A stretch of 60,017 bases of DNA from positions 1 through 60,017 of the forward strand of contig LJUR01000006.1 of assembly GCA_001304105.1 (NCBI GenBank), given 5' to 3'. This stretch comes from Deltaproteobacteria bacterium SM23_61 (GTDB taxonomy: Bacteria > Desulfobacterota > SM23-61). Made by a program: the position numbers and the translations under genes. Numbering within the stretch: the stretch's first letter is position 1; each line of letters opens with the position of its first letter. Positions 7,813 through 20,120 of this stretch are shown piece by piece. Below the pieces are notes generated by a model that worked only from the letters and a program-made list of their open reading frames with translations, had not been told where the DNA came from and ran no database searches.

Positions 7813-9205
7813 TTTCGTAAATAGGTAATTCAATAAAGAACGTTGCCCCACCGTCCGGATTATTTTCAGCCCAGATTCGCCCCCTGTGGTCTTTGATAAT
7901 GGAATTGCAGACAGCAAGGCCCATCCCCAAACCGGTCCCTTTCGTTGTAAAAAACGGCTCGAACACACGCTCCAGGTTTTCCTTATCAATGCCCGGACCA
8001 AAGTCCCGTACGGTCACCCGTATGCTATGATCCTTTCTTTGCGTCCGCAAAATAAGTTTTCTCTGTTCAGGTGGATTCCGAGACATGGCTTCCGCACCAT
8101 TCATGATGATATTGAGCACCACTTGCTGTAACTGAGCCTTCTCACCGATGACCGGTGGTAAGGATCCATCCCATTCTGTTTCAATAGACACATTTCGAAC
8201 AATAGCTTCACTGTGGAAGATCTGAATGACATCGTTCAAAATACCGTTTAGAATTGTTGGTCCCTTCTCTCCTTCTTCCCGCTTCATCATGGAGCGGAGA
8301 CTTCGGATCACGTTCCCAGCTCGCTGGTCATCGGATATGATGTCCCGCATGATCTCCCGGAATTCGTTCAGGTCAGGTTTGTCCGAGTTCAAAAAGCGGA
8401 GGGCTGCCTGAGCATTACTCAAAATCGCCGTCAGGGGTTGATTCAATTCATGGGCTAATGAGGCAGTCAATTCGCTTAGGCGCGACGATCGCTCAACGTG
8501 CAACAGCTCTGCGCGTGCACGGGCTACTTCGGTCTCCGCCTGCTTGCGGGCGAGCGCGTTGGCAAACACTTGCGCAATAAGCCGGAAGCCCTTCACGACC
8601 GTTTCCGGCCAGTCCCTCTCCTCCCGCATGACACTGAATGTCAACAAGCCAAAGGGTGGCCCTCCTCCAACTGATAACGGAACTACCACAACGGACTCGG
8701 TTCCGTACAGACCGTAACTCTCCTGATCGCGGCCTGCTTCCGGCGGGAGGTCTGACATTTTCGTAATAGTGAGCGTCTCCCCACCCAGGACCTTCTGCGC
8801 CGTCCAGGGGAAAAAATCCCTTGCATTCGACCGCTGGTGAAATTGTGGGCCTCCCTGGGGCTGATGTATATGTGTCAGTAGCAGCGCCCCGGGTTCTCGC
8901 TCATGGACTTGTCCGAGGGAGGAGCGATCAAGGTTTAGGAATTCGCAGATGAGGCTCTGGGCGCCCTCAATTTCACCGTCTATCTGGTCGGCGGGCAGGT
9001 TGACAAAGTGCGCAGAGATTTCGGTCAGCAACGTCTCAAACTTCAGCCGCTCTTCCAGGACCTGCTCTGTCTGCTTGCGCTCGGTCATTTCCGCCTGCAT
9101 CCGTTCGTTAGCCTCTTGTAGGTGCTGCTGCGAAACATCAAGCCTCGTTCTAAGCTCTTCTATTTCAAGGAGAAGCTGCTCGTTTTTTTTACTGCTCTTA
9201 TTCAT
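7802..9205 (-). CDS. Cytoplasmic sensor histidine kinase (coiled coil + sensory domain + HisKA + HATPase)
   Basis: H-box SLAHELNQPLTAI, N-box NIIMNGAEAM, G-boxes DFGPGI and GTGLGMGL. No TM segments. The last 4 codons (ESGK*) are read from the word repeat. Confidence 0.9.
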   Translation of the reverse strand: MNKSSKKNEQLLLEIEELRTRLDVSQQHLQEANERMQAEMTERKQTEQVLEERLKFETLLTEISAHFVNLPADQIDGEIEGAQSLICEFLNLDRSSLGQVHEREPGALLLTHIHQPQGGPQFHQRSNARDFFPWTAQKVLGGETLTITKMSDLPPEAGRDQESYGLYGTESVVVVPLSVGGGPPFGLLTFSVMREERDWPETVVKGFRLIAQVFANALARKQAETEVARARAELLHVERSSRLSELTASLAHELNQPLTAILSNAQAALRFLNSDKPDLNEFREIMRDIISDDQRAGNVIRSLRSMMKREEGEKGPTILNGILNDVIQIFHSEAIVRNVSIETEWDGSLPPVIGEKAQLQQVVLNIIMNGAEAMSRNPPEQRKLILRTQRKDHSIRVTVRDFGPGIDKENLERVFEPFFTTKGTGLGMGLAVCNSIIKDHRGRIWAENNPDGGATFFIELPIYESGK

Positions 9206-9278
9206 TATGTTGCCTTCTCAGGATTGCTTTGAATCCTAAACGTTTCATCTCCTATATAGCTAATTCTATACAGAATTT

Positions 9279-9467
9279 TCAAAAAATCAAAATCGCGTAT
9301 CCTTTTTGAACAGCTCGGGCGGCAACGGGACTAAAGGGACTCTGCTCCTCCCCTACCTTCGTCTCCCAGTAGAGGCCATCCTTCTTTGCCGGGAAGTCCA
9401 TGCCTGCCTGCCCCGTCTTAACCGGGTGCCTGCCTGCCGGTAGGCAGGGGTGGGGAGCTTCATTCAT
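9279..9467 (-). pseudogene. Possible DUF2950-like gene fragment fused to a palindromic repeat
   Basis: DFPAKKDGLYWETKVGEEQSPFSPVAARAVQKGY resembles, from my memory of the family, the DGLYW...SPLGPL...GY core of DUF2950, the usual DUF3300 partner. The first 22 codons are read from CCTGCC palindromes. Confidence 0.3.
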
Positions 9468-11125
9468 TTCCTGAACCCGTTGAAGATGTTGATCAAACCA
9501 TTGGTCGAAGAGTCATGGGAGGTCGATTCTTTCTCGTCCTTCAACTCAGGAAGGATCCTGTTTGCGAGCTGCTTCCCGAGTTCAACCCCCCACTGGTCGA
9601 AGCTGAAGACGTTCCAGATGACCCCCTGAACAAAGATCTTGTGCTCGTACATGGCAACGAGACTTCCCAACGTCCTGGGATTTATTTTTTTGACCAAAAT
9701 GGAATTCGTTGGCCTGTTCCCTTTGAATACCTTGTGGGGCAGGAGCCTTTTCATTTCCTCATCACCGGCCCCTGACCGCTTCAGCTCCTGAGCCACTTCT
9801 TCTTTGGTCTTTCCTTTCATGAGGGCCTCGGTCTGGGCAAAGAAATTGGAGAGGAGGATTGGATGATGCTCACCGACAGGATTGTGGCTGATAGCAGGAG
9901 CAATGAAGTCGCAGGGAATGAGTTTCGTTCCCTGATGGATAAGCTGGTAAAAAGCATGCTGCCCGTTCGTCCCGGGTTCGCCCCAAATCACAGGGCCAGT
10001 CTGATAGCTCACTTCCCGGCCACCCCGGTCAACGAACTTTCCATTACTCTCCATATTCCCCTGCTGAAAGTAGGCTGGAAAGCGGTGCATGTATTGGTCG
10101 TAGGGTAAGATGGCTTCGGTCTGGGAACCAAAGAAATTCGTATACCAGATCCCGATCAAAGCCAAGAGGACAGGGATATTCTTTTCAAAAGGGGTCTCCC
10201 TGAAATGGATGTCCATGGTGTGGGCGCCTTCCAGGAGTTCGACAAAATTCTCAAATCCCATCGTGCAAGCGATAGGGAGTCCGATCGCGGACCAGAGGGA
10301 ATACCTTCCGCCCACCCAGTCCCAGAACCTGAACATGTTTTCAGGATCGATCCCAAATCTTCTCACCGCTTCCTCATTCGTGGAGATGGCGACAAAATGA
10401 TTCTTAACCCGGGATTCATCCTTCGCGACGTCGAGAAACCATCTTTTCGCGGTCAGGGCATTCGTCATGGTCTCCTGGGTGGTGAAGGTCTTGGAGGCAA
10501 TGATGAATAGGGTGGTCTCAGGGGAGAGGGGTTTCAGGGTTTCTACAATGTGTGTTCCATCAACGTTTGACACGAAGTGGGGATGAAGGTGAGGCTTCCA
10601 GTAGGGTTTCAGCGCCTCGGTGGCCATGACCGGTCCAAGATCTGAACCTCCGATCCCAATGTTGACAACGTCTGTCATCCCTTTACCCGTGTATCCCTTC
10701 CACTGACCTGAAAGGACGCTTTCTGAAAACTGTTCCATCTGCTTTAGAACGGCATTGACCGCAGGCATGACATCGATGCCACCCACGTAGATCGGAGTAT
10801 TGGATCGATTCCTCAGAGCCACGTGGAGGACGGCCCGCTTTTCGGTCTCATTGATCTCATCCCCTGTAAACATCCTCTCTATGGCCCCTTTCAGCTTGCA
10901 CTCACGGGCGAGTCCAAGAAGGAGGCGTAACGTCTCCTGAGTGATAATATTTTTGGAGTAGTCTACGACGACATCTTCGAACCTGAGCGAAAACCTGGAG
11001 AACCTTTTAAGGTCCCGACGAAAGAGATCCACCATGTGGCGGTTTTTCATCACCTTGTAATGCTCTTTCAGTTTCTTCCAGGACTTCGTTTTCGTTGGAT
11101 TAATTTTTGGAAGCATGGAACTCAC
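9464..11125 (-). CDS. pgi: Glucose-6-phosphate isomerase
   Basis: 553 aa. [53 protein letters not shown]. Confidence 0.95.
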   Translation of the reverse strand: MSSMLPKINPTKTKSWKKLKEHYKVMKNRHMVDLFRRDLKRFSRFSLRFEDVVVDYSKNIITQETLRLLLGLARECKLKGAIERMFTGDEINETEKRAVLHVALRNRSNTPIYVGGIDVMPAVNAVLKQMEQFSESVLSGQWKGYTGKGMTDVVNIGIGGSDLGPVMATEALKPYWKPHLHPHFVSNVDGTHIVETLKPLSPETTLFIIASKTFTTQETMTNALTAKRWFLDVAKDESRVKNHFVAISTNEEAVRRFGIDPENMFRFWDWVGGRYSLWSAIGLPIACTMGFENFVELLEGAHTMDIHFRETPFEKNIPVLLALIGIWYTNFFGSQTEAILPYDQYMHRFPAYFQQGNMESNGKFVDRGGREVSYQTGPVIWGEPGTNGQHAFYQLIHQGTKLIPCDFIAPAISHNPVGEHHPILLSNFFAQTEALMKGKTKEEVAQELKRSGAGDEEMKRLLPHKVFKGNRPTNSILVKKINPRTLGSLVAMYEHKIFVQGVIWNVFSFDQWGVELGKQLANRILPELKDEKESTSHDSSTNGLINIFNGFRK

Positions 11126-11143
11126 CTCAAATGAATCTTATTT

Positions 11144-11176
11144 TGGAGTGTTGGAGTAATGGAGTAATGGAATAAT
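11144..11176. repeat. GGAGTA word-stutter (TGGAGTGTTGGAGTAATGGAGTAATGGAATAAT)
   Basis: Read directly. It fills the pgi-ackA spacer. Same word family as 23741-23832 and 27013-27148. Confidence 0.8.
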
Positions 11177-12406
11177 TCATGGGGTCTTCCCCTCACCCTC
11201 CTGGGCCCTAAGTAGAACTGCTACGGTTTGCTCCGCGATCTCCCGTTCTTCCTTGGTCCGGATTGCCAAGACCTTCACGGGAGCCCCGTCTCGCTGGATT
11301 TCCAGGACCTCTACGTAATCCTTCTCGTTTTTCCCGTCGTCCACCGTGATTCCGAGCGCCTCGAGCCCGTGGCAGCATCGTTTCCGGATTGGGGCCGCAT
11401 TCTCGCCGATGCCGCCAGTGAAGACCACGGCATCGACCCGGCCGAGCACCGCGAAGTAGGCCCCGATGTACTTTTTGATCCGGTAGCAGTAGAGCTCCAG
11501 GGCGAGCTGGGCAAGCGGTTCCCCACGGTTCGCCATCTGGAGAATCTCCCGCATATCGTTGACCCCGCAAATCCCCTTCAGCCCGCTTCCTTTATTTAAA
11601 AGCGCTTCGAGGTCTCGCTCCGGCATTTTGGTCGCTCTTCGCAAGTAAAAGGGAACGGCCGGATCCAGGTCTCCGCAGCGGGTCCCCATGACCAAACCCT
11701 CCAGGGGCGTCATACCCATCGACGTGTCCACGCTCCGTCCCTGCCGGATCGCAGCCGCACTCGCCCCGTTTCCAAGATGGAGGGTGATCAAATTAAGGAA
11801 CGTAAGAGGCTTTCCAATATGAGCTGCCGCTTTCTTGGCCACCCAGAGGTGGGAGGTTCCATGGAAACCGTAACGCCGGACGTGATGGAGGGCGTAAAGG
11901 CTGTAGGGCAGCGCATAGATAAATGCATGGGGCGGCATGGACTGGTGGAAGGCCGTATCGAAAACTGCTACCTGCGGTACTCCCGGAAAAACTTGCCGGG
12001 CCGCTTCGATCCCCAGAAGGTTTGCAGGGTTGTGAAGCGGGGCGAGGGGAATGAGTTCTCGAATCGTCTCCATCACCTTCTCATCGATCAATACAGGCTC
12101 CTGGAAAGCCTCCCCCCCATGGACTACCCGGTGGCCAATCCCAAGGATCTCCGCAGGGTTTGTGATCACGGCGGAATTGGCAGGCATACTCAAGATGAAG
12201 CGAAACCCTTCCTCATGGTTAGCCACCCGTGCCCGGCGGACGGTTTCTTTGGTTGTACCCGAGGGCCCGTAGGCACGGTGGGTGTGCTGGCTCTCGCTCT
12301 CCCCAATCCGTTCTAGCAACCCGGAGGAGAGGACAGAGAAGTCAGAGCTCTCGAATACTTCATACTTGACCGAGGAGCTTCCCGAGTTGATCACCACAAC
12401 CTTCAT
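11177..12406 (-). CDS. ackA: Acetate kinase
   Basis: 409 aa. VLVINSGSSSVKY-type N-terminus (VVVINSGSSSVKYEV), GHRVVHGG, YGFHGTSH, VFTGGIGEN. Confidence 0.95.
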   Translation of the reverse strand: MKVVVINSGSSSVKYEVFESSDFSVLSSGLLERIGESESQHTHRAYGPSGTTKETVRRARVANHEEGFRFILSMPANSAVITNPAEILGIGHRVVHGGEAFQEPVLIDEKVMETIRELIPLAPLHNPANLLGIEAARQVFPGVPQVAVFDTAFHQSMPPHAFIYALPYSLYALHHVRRYGFHGTSHLWVAKKAAAHIGKPLTFLNLITLHLGNGASAAAIRQGRSVDTSMGMTPLEGLVMGTRCGDLDPAVPFYLRRATKMPERDLEALLNKGSGLKGICGVNDMREILQMANRGEPLAQLALELYCYRIKKYIGAYFAVLGRVDAVVFTGGIGENAAPIRKRCCHGLEALGITVDDGKNEKDYVEVLEIQRDGAPVKVLAIRTKEEREIAEQTVAVLLRAQEGEGKTP

Positions 12407-12467
12407 GCGCCGGACCCCCCTTCCTTGAGGCTGTGTCGCGATATGAAAAATGCGGGTTTTTGGAAAA

Positions 12468-12629
12468 GATGAGAGGCGGTCGGGTGGAAAAGATTTAGAG
12501 CGGTAACCTCTAACAGTTTGGATTCAGGGGTGCCAAGCATAACAAAACACTCCATTTGCAACCAACGAAGGTTCCCCATACCTAAAAGACCCGCATTCTA
12601 AAGCTTTGGAACCTGACTGCCTCTCATCC
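12468..12629. mobile_element. MITE-like element, subfamily A copy 1 (~38-nt imperfect terminal inverted repeats)
   Basis: The left arm GATGAGAGGCGGTCGGGTGGAAAAGATTTAGAGCGG is the near reverse complement of the right arm CCCGCATTCTAAAGCTTTGGAACCTGACTGCCTCTCATCC. The right arm overlaps the last ~10 codons and stop of pta. Confidence 0.5.
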
Positions 12630-14736
12630 AGGCGTTTGATTGCGACACAGTCTCCTGGGCCTGGATCGCCGTGATGGCCACAGTATTCACGATGTCTGTC
12701 ACGGTTGCGCCACGGCTCAGGTCGTTGACCGGCCGTTTGAGCCCTTGTATGACCGGGCCGATAGCCACCGCATTGGCGGATCGCTGAACCGCCTTATAGG
12801 TGATATTGCCGTTATTCAGATCCGGAAAGATGAAGACCGTGGCTCTGCCGGCAACCTGGCTCCCGGGCAACTTGACCCTGGCCACGGAGGGGTCTACGGC
12901 GGCATCGTACTGGATCGGTCCTTCCACGGGCAGATCCGGCCGCAAGCTTCTGACCCGCCGGGTGGCTTCCCGCACCTTATCCACATCCGCCCCTTTTCCT
13001 GATTCTCCAGTGGAGTAGGAGAGCATAGCCACCCGCGGCTCGATGCCGAAGGCCCAGGCTGTCTCAGCCGAGCTGGTGGCAATGTCTGCCAACTGCTCCA
13101 TGGTCGGTTCCGGGTTCACGGCACAGTCGCCGAAGACGAAGACCCGATCGGGAAGGCACATGAAAAAGACGCTGGAGGCGAGAGAGAAGCCCGGTTTCAA
13201 TCCGATGATTTCAAAGGCCGGCCGCAGCGTGTGGGCTGTCGTATGCACCGCTCCCGAAACAAGCCCGTCCGCCTCTGCGCGATGGACCATAAGGGTCCCG
13301 AAGTAAGCCACATCGGCCACAAGATCGAAGGCCATCTGCTCGGAAATTCCCTTGTGCTTGCGAAGCTCATAGTAGGTGTGGGCATACTCCTCCCTGTGTT
13401 CGGGTTCGGCCGGGTCCAGGAAGGCCGCTCCCTTGAGGGAAAGGCCGAGGGAACTCGCCTTTTGCTCGATTTCTGAGATGGGACCCAGCAGGGTCAGATC
13501 GGCCACTCCGCGCAGGAGCAGGATTTCTGCGGCCCGCAGGATGCGCTCTTCCGTCCCTTCTGGCAAAACGATATGCCTCCGGTTCGATTTGGCCTGTTCA
13601 ACCAGGGAATGCTCAAACATGATCGGCGTGACCCGTTCCGGCCGGGACAGATCGATTCGCTGGCGGAGCGCTTGAGCGTTCATGTATTTTTCCATGTGCC
13701 CCAGCGCAACCGCCATCTTGCGGGGGTTCTCCGGCCGGATCCTCCCTCGAACCTGGGAGGCCTGAGTCCCGGCCGTAAAGGTATCAACCTCCACGGTCAG
13801 GACCGGGACTGGCGACTTGCGCAACCCCTCGATGATGCGCTCCACCTGTGGAGCAGGCCTCAAACCGCCCGTCAGGAGGAGCCCTGCGACTCGGGGGTAG
13901 GTGCTGGCGGCGTCGGCCAGAAGGCTTCCCAGGATGATATCGGATCGGTCTCCCGGCGTGATGACAAGGGTCCCCTCAACCAAGTGGTTGAGAAAGTTGG
14001 GAAGCTCCATGGCCCCGATCTTAATATCCTCCACTTCTCGGGTGAAACTCTCCGGGTCTCCGCTCCAGCGGGTGGCGCCGAGGTACTCGGCAATCTCGCC
14101 TACCGTAGGTTTGGCCAGCATGGCGAGTTCGGGCAAGGCAAAGATCGGAACCTGGCTCTTCTCTCTAGCCAGTAACCCCAGAATCTCGTCCACCCGTTCG
14201 GGGGCGACCCGGTTGACAAAGAGGGCGAGGACATCACACCTCTTGGCCTCCAACAAATTCAGCAGCACCAAAGATCTACGGATGACTTCCTGCGATGTTC
14301 GCCCCCATCCCGTAGCCACCGGGGCCGCCAGGGCACCCAGGTTGTTGGCGACATCGATATTGAAGTCGAGGGCAAGTCCCGGGGGTATATCATGGAAGCC
14401 GGTGCCTAGGCATACGACGACATCGCAGTCCGACTCCAGGGACCCGTATCCTTCAAGGATCCGCTTCAAGACTTCGTCGTATTTTTCTTCGGCCACGAGA
14501 GCGCGGGCCTTCTCATGGGTCATTCCGTACTTGATGCGGTTGGGTAAAGGAAGGTGGTAACGGTTGGAAATCAAGCGAATGGCGTCATCCTTAGTCTCCC
14601 CCTCACGGACGAGGGGACGGAAAAAACCCAGTTTCTGTACTTGGCGGGAGAGGACTTCCATGATCCCAAGCAGCACTACCGATTTCCCGGCTTGAGGTTC
14701 TGCCCCGAATACGTAAATGCTCTTCGCCTTAGGCAT
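12598..14736 (-). CDS. pta: Phosphate acetyltransferase, long form (N-terminal P-loop-like/DRTGG domains + PTA domain)
   Basis: 712 aa. The C-terminal half has ILLPEG-type HIVLPEGTEERIL, GLVSGAVHTTAHTLRP, CAVNPEP, SYSTGESGKG. Confidence 0.95.
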   Translation of the reverse strand: MPKAKSIYVFGAEPQAGKSVVLLGIMEVLSRQVQKLGFFRPLVREGETKDDAIRLISNRYHLPLPNRIKYGMTHEKARALVAEEKYDEVLKRILEGYGSLESDCDVVVCLGTGFHDIPPGLALDFNIDVANNLGALAAPVATGWGRTSQEVIRRSLVLLNLLEAKRCDVLALFVNRVAPERVDEILGLLAREKSQVPIFALPELAMLAKPTVGEIAEYLGATRWSGDPESFTREVEDIKIGAMELPNFLNHLVEGTLVITPGDRSDIILGSLLADAASTYPRVAGLLLTGGLRPAPQVERIIEGLRKSPVPVLTVEVDTFTAGTQASQVRGRIRPENPRKMAVALGHMEKYMNAQALRQRIDLSRPERVTPIMFEHSLVEQAKSNRRHIVLPEGTEERILRAAEILLLRGVADLTLLGPISEIEQKASSLGLSLKGAAFLDPAEPEHREEYAHTYYELRKHKGISEQMAFDLVADVAYFGTLMVHRAEADGLVSGAVHTTAHTLRPAFEIIGLKPGFSLASSVFFMCLPDRVFVFGDCAVNPEPTMEQLADIATSSAETAWAFGIEPRVAMLSYSTGESGKGADVDKVREATRRVRSLRPDLPVEGPIQYDAAVDPSVARVKLPGSQVAGRATVFIFPDLNNGNITYKAVQRSANAVAIGPVIQGLKRPVNDLSRGATVTDIVNTVAITAIQAQETVSQSNAWMRGSQVPKL

Positions 14737-14751
14737 GCCCGTTTTCCCCTA

Positions 14752-14872
14752 ATTGCGGAATGAAAAAGATAAACCCAAAATCCGAAATCTAAATCCGAAC
14801 CAGAAATGCGGAATGCGGATTGCGGGAGGCGGATGAAAAAGCAAACCCCAAAATCCGCAATCCGAAATCGGC
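14752..14872. repeat. CGGAAT/CGGATT word-stutter with two ~35-nt direct units and dyad symmetry
   Basis: GCGGAATGAAAAAGATAAACCCAAAATCCGAAATC (14755-14789) versus GCGGATGAAAAAGCAAACCCCAAAATCCGCAATCCGAAATC (14829-14869). ATGCGGAATGCGGATTGCGGG lies between them. It fills the pta-AOR spacer. Confidence 0.75.
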
Positions 14873-14874
14873 GA

Positions 14875-16628
14875 TCAGGTGGAGCCGCCTTCCTCCAATT
14901 TCGCCATCTCCCGGATCTTTTGGGCGTAGGTCTTCTGCAAAGAATCCAGGTAATTCGTATCCAGGGGACCTTTCCAGGTGACCACCTGCTTGAACCGCTC
15001 GGGGATCTTCGCGGAAGTAGGGTCAAACCCCGTTGTCATCCGGATTTGCCAGCGCATTTTCTGGACCCTCCGGGCGACGGAGTCCAGATTTTCCGCCAGA
15101 TTCTGGTAGCCCACGGCGTTCAGGCAATCGGCCAATACGGCTTCTTTGTACACTTCCCGGGCGAAGAGGCAGGAGACCATGGAAGTAAGAAACACGCGGG
15201 CCTTCTCATCCTGAACCAGAAATTCCACAGCCTTTGCCACATCTTTTGCTTTTTCCTTCTGATCATACGAGTACCCTCCGGCATCGAGATGGGAATGCCG
15301 GAGTCCTAGCGCCTGGGAAATGAAGAATACCTCCCCGGTCGCATATCCCCCCATCTCTTGGCCAAGGACACAGGCGAAGTCCTGACCGCCGTATTGTTGC
15401 GCTGCTTTATGGGTCCCCTGCCCGAGCAAGCGGTAAAAATCGTTGGCACCAGTACCCAGGTGTTTCACTGCTTGGGCATAGGTCCCGGCATCGCCGAATC
15501 TCAGGGGGATCAGCGTTTCTTTTTCGGAAAGGAGATCCTTTTCAAAGGCCTCCGTAGCCCAGGCCAGGGCCACTCCAGCGGACATCACATCCAGTCCTAC
15601 TTTTTCAGCGATTTCCAGGAGCGTCAGAACTTGGAAGGCATCCAACACGCCCAGCATGGAGCCCATGGCAAAGATAGGTTCGTGGTCGTAGGAAACCTGC
15701 CGGTAGAGATATTGATTCGGTTCACTGAACTTTTCGCGCACGAACCCAAGGTGGATGCACCCCACCGGACATCCAGCACAGGCTGTATTGCGCAGCAGGG
15801 TGCGATCGGCAAAAGTCTCGCCCGTGATGCCGGAAATGGCCGGGTCGCTGGTGTTCTGGAGGTTCCGGCATGGCAACGCCTGAATACCGTTCAGCACGGC
15901 CACGTTGATGGGTGTACCCAGGTTGTGATACTTGTCCATCATGTTTGTTTCGGTGAGTTGCCCGTAAATTTTCTGGAAGAGCGGCGCATACTCCTTGCTC
16001 GCGGGCAGATCGAAGGACTCGTCTCCCACAATTACGCTGGCTTTGAGGTTTTTGGCACCCATGACTGCGCCGCTCCCCAGGCGGCCGAAATGGCGATACG
16101 TATCGACATTAATGCAGGCCATGGCCGACCGGTTCTCGCCTGCCGGTCCGATCCGAAGAATGCTCCTGTGGCCGGACCCACCGACCATCCGACGAAGCAT
16201 CTGACCGGTCCTCTGGACGCTTTTTCCCCAAAGATAATGGACGTCTTTCAGTTCCAATTTTCTGGATCCAACGATCAAACAACTCGGGCGCTTCGCCTTC
16301 CCGGTGATCACCAGGGCGTCCAGGTCGGCAAACCGTAGGGCCAGAGCCGCGCGACCCCCTCCGTGGCTCTCGGCATACTGATCGTGGTAAGGTGATTTGA
16401 AGGCACAGACGACTTTGCTCATCAGCGGGAAATATCCCGTGAGGGGGCCGATGGCGAAGATCAACGGCTGCTCCGGATCTTCCCATGACTTGTCCGGTCG
16501 GGCGTATTTTTCGAACAGAAAAGCAGCGAGACCGCTCCCTCCGGCGTAAAGATCGCGGCCGTCGATCTCTTCGATTTGGCCCCGGCCCGTGGAAAGGTCA
16601 ACCTTGAGTACTCGGAAATGATCACGGA

Positions 16629-16632
<4 letters not shown>
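14875..16632 (-). CDS. aor: Aldehyde:ferredoxin oxidoreductase-family (tungsto/molybdopterin) enzyme
   Basis: 585 aa. The AOR N-terminal domain (GGSGLAAFLF, IGPLTG) and [4Fe-4S] ligand motif CAGCPVGC are present. The start overlaps the ferredoxin stop (ATGA). Confidence 0.9.
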
Positions 16633-18376
<1,744 letters not shown>

Positions 18377-18402
18377 TCAGGTAACACTTTAGCTTTTTGA
18401 AA

Positions 18403-20061
18403 TCATCTATTTTTAAAAGCGCTCTTCACGATGCTCTGGGCTTCCTGTTGGATCTGGGCCAGATGCTCCGGCCCCTTGAAACTCTCGGTGTATATCTTGT
18501 AAATCTCTTCTGTCCCTGAAGGGCGGGCGGCAAACCATCCATTCTCAGTGATCACCTTCAACCCTCCAATGGGAGCGTCATTTCCTGGGGCCTTCGTCAA
18601 TTTGGCGACAATCGGTTCACCGGCCAAGTGATGGGCCGTTACTTCCTGGGGAGAGAGCTTGTTCAGGATCTCTTTCTGTTCTGGAGTGGCTGCCACATCG
18701 ATTCTCTCAAACTGGGGTTGACCAAATCTTTCCGTTAGTGTTCGATAGTGTTCTCCCGGATCCCTTCCTGTTCGGGCAGTTATTTCAGCGGCCAGCAGAT
18801 CCATGAGCATCCCGTCCTTATCCGTGGTCCAAACGGTACCGTCCTTTCTCAGAAAAGAACCTCCTGCGCTTTCCTCTCCGCCAAATCCATACGACCCATC
18901 AAGCAGCCCCCCCACGAACCACTTGAATCCAACAGGGACTTCGGAGAGCTTCCGCCCCAGGGACTTGGCCACTCGATCGATCATGGAGCTACTGACCAGC
19001 GTCTTTCCAATGGCCGCATCCTTTCTCCACCCGGGTCGGTTCTGGAAAAGATACCAGATCGCAACGGAGAGGTAATGGTTGGGATTCATCAACCCCGCAC
19101 TGCGGGTGACAATCCCGTGACGGTCGCAGTCCGTATCATTTCCGAAGGCGATGTCGTACTGATCCTTCAATTCAATGAGGCGTGCCATGGCATGAGGGGA
19201 GGAACAGTCCATCCTGATCTTCCCATCCCAGTCGACGGCCATGAAACTGAACGTGGGATCGACGACCGGATTGACCACATCGATCTGGAGGCCGTACTGC
19301 TCGGCAATGGGTTCCCAGAAAGCCACGGAAGCACCTCCCAGGGGATCCACTCCCATCCTAATTCCCGCTGATTTAATGATGTCTAAATCGATGACGTTTT
19401 GTAAATCGTTCACATAGGGGGTGATGTAGTCGTGCTCGTGAATCCTATTTGAGTGTCTTATTTTTTCATAAGGAATTTTCCGAATGTCTTTGTTATTCCC
19501 TTGCAGCAGGCCATTCGCCCTCTCCTCTATCCAGCGGGTCACCTCCGTATCGGCCGGGCCTCCATGGGAAGGATTGTATTTGAAGCCTCCGTCTTCTGGA
19601 GGATTGTGAGAGGGAGTGATGACGATGCCGTCTGATAGGCCGGAGGTTTTGCCCCGATTATAGACCAAGATGGCATGAGAAATGACTGGCGTGGGAGTAT
19701 AGCCCGACGCTTTTGCAATCAGGACCTCAACGCCGTTGGCAACGAGAACCTCTAGGGCAGTCACTTGGGCAGGCTCTGAAAGAGCGTGGGTATCCATGCC
19801 TAAAAAGAGAGGTCCTTTGATACCTTTCGACCTTCTGTAATCGCAGATGGCCTGGGCGGTCGCCAAGATATGGTCTTCATTAAACGTATTCTTAAAGGAC
19901 GAACCTCGATGTCCTGAGGTCCCGAAGGCCACTTTTTCGGAAGGATTTCCACCATCCGGGTGCCTGATGAAATAATCGGTAATCAAACGAGGGATATTGA
20001 CGAGAATAGACCTTGGTGCCGGTTTCCCAGCCAGTGGATGAAATCTCATCCGTTCGTACAC
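18403..20061 (-). CDS. pgm: Phosphoglucomutase (alpha-D-glucose-phosphate specific, ~550-aa type)
   Basis: Active-site [11 protein letters not shown], metal loop [17 protein letters not shown]. Confidence 0.93.
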   Translation of the reverse strand: MYERMRFHPLAGKPAPRSILVNIPRLITDYFIRHPDGGNPSEKVAFGTSGHRGSSFKNTFNEDHILATAQAICDYRRSKGIKGPLFLGMDTHALSEPAQVTALEVLVANGVEVLIAKASGYTPTPVISHAILVYNRGKTSGLSDGIVITPSHNPPEDGGFKYNPSHGGPADTEVTRWIEERANGLLQGNNKDIRKIPYEKIRHSNRIHEHDYITPYVNDLQNVIDLDIIKSAGIRMGVDPLGGASVAFWEPIAEQYGLQIDVVNPVVDPTFSFMAVDWDGKIRMDCSSPHAMARLIELKDQYDIAFGNDTDCDRHGIVTRSAGLMNPNHYLSVAIWYLFQNRPGWRKDAAIGKTLVSSSMIDRVAKSLGRKLSEVPVGFKWFVGGLLDGSYGFGGEESAGGSFLRKDGTVWTTDKDGMLMDLLAAEITARTGRDPGEHYRTLTERFGQPQFERIDVAATPEQKEILNKLSPQEVTAHHLAGEPIVAKLTKAPGNDAPIGGLKVITENGWFAARPSGTEEIYKIYTESFKGPEHLAQIQQEAQSIVKSAFKNR

Positions 20062-20120
20062 CTCCTGAAACTCTCTCCGCAGCAGTCAGAATTCTCATGA
20101 CCGTCGCGTTCCGAAGTCTC

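Noticed and set aside
15358-16338. 326-aa plus-strand ORF. Similar long antisense ORFs occur at 39576-40389, 13573-14560, 3346-4104, 41489-42259 and 29542-30246.
   Set aside because: All are antisense to strongly supported minus-strand genes (AOR, atpI, pta, atpB, OMF and others). They have low-complexity, Arg/Pro/Gly-rich translations.
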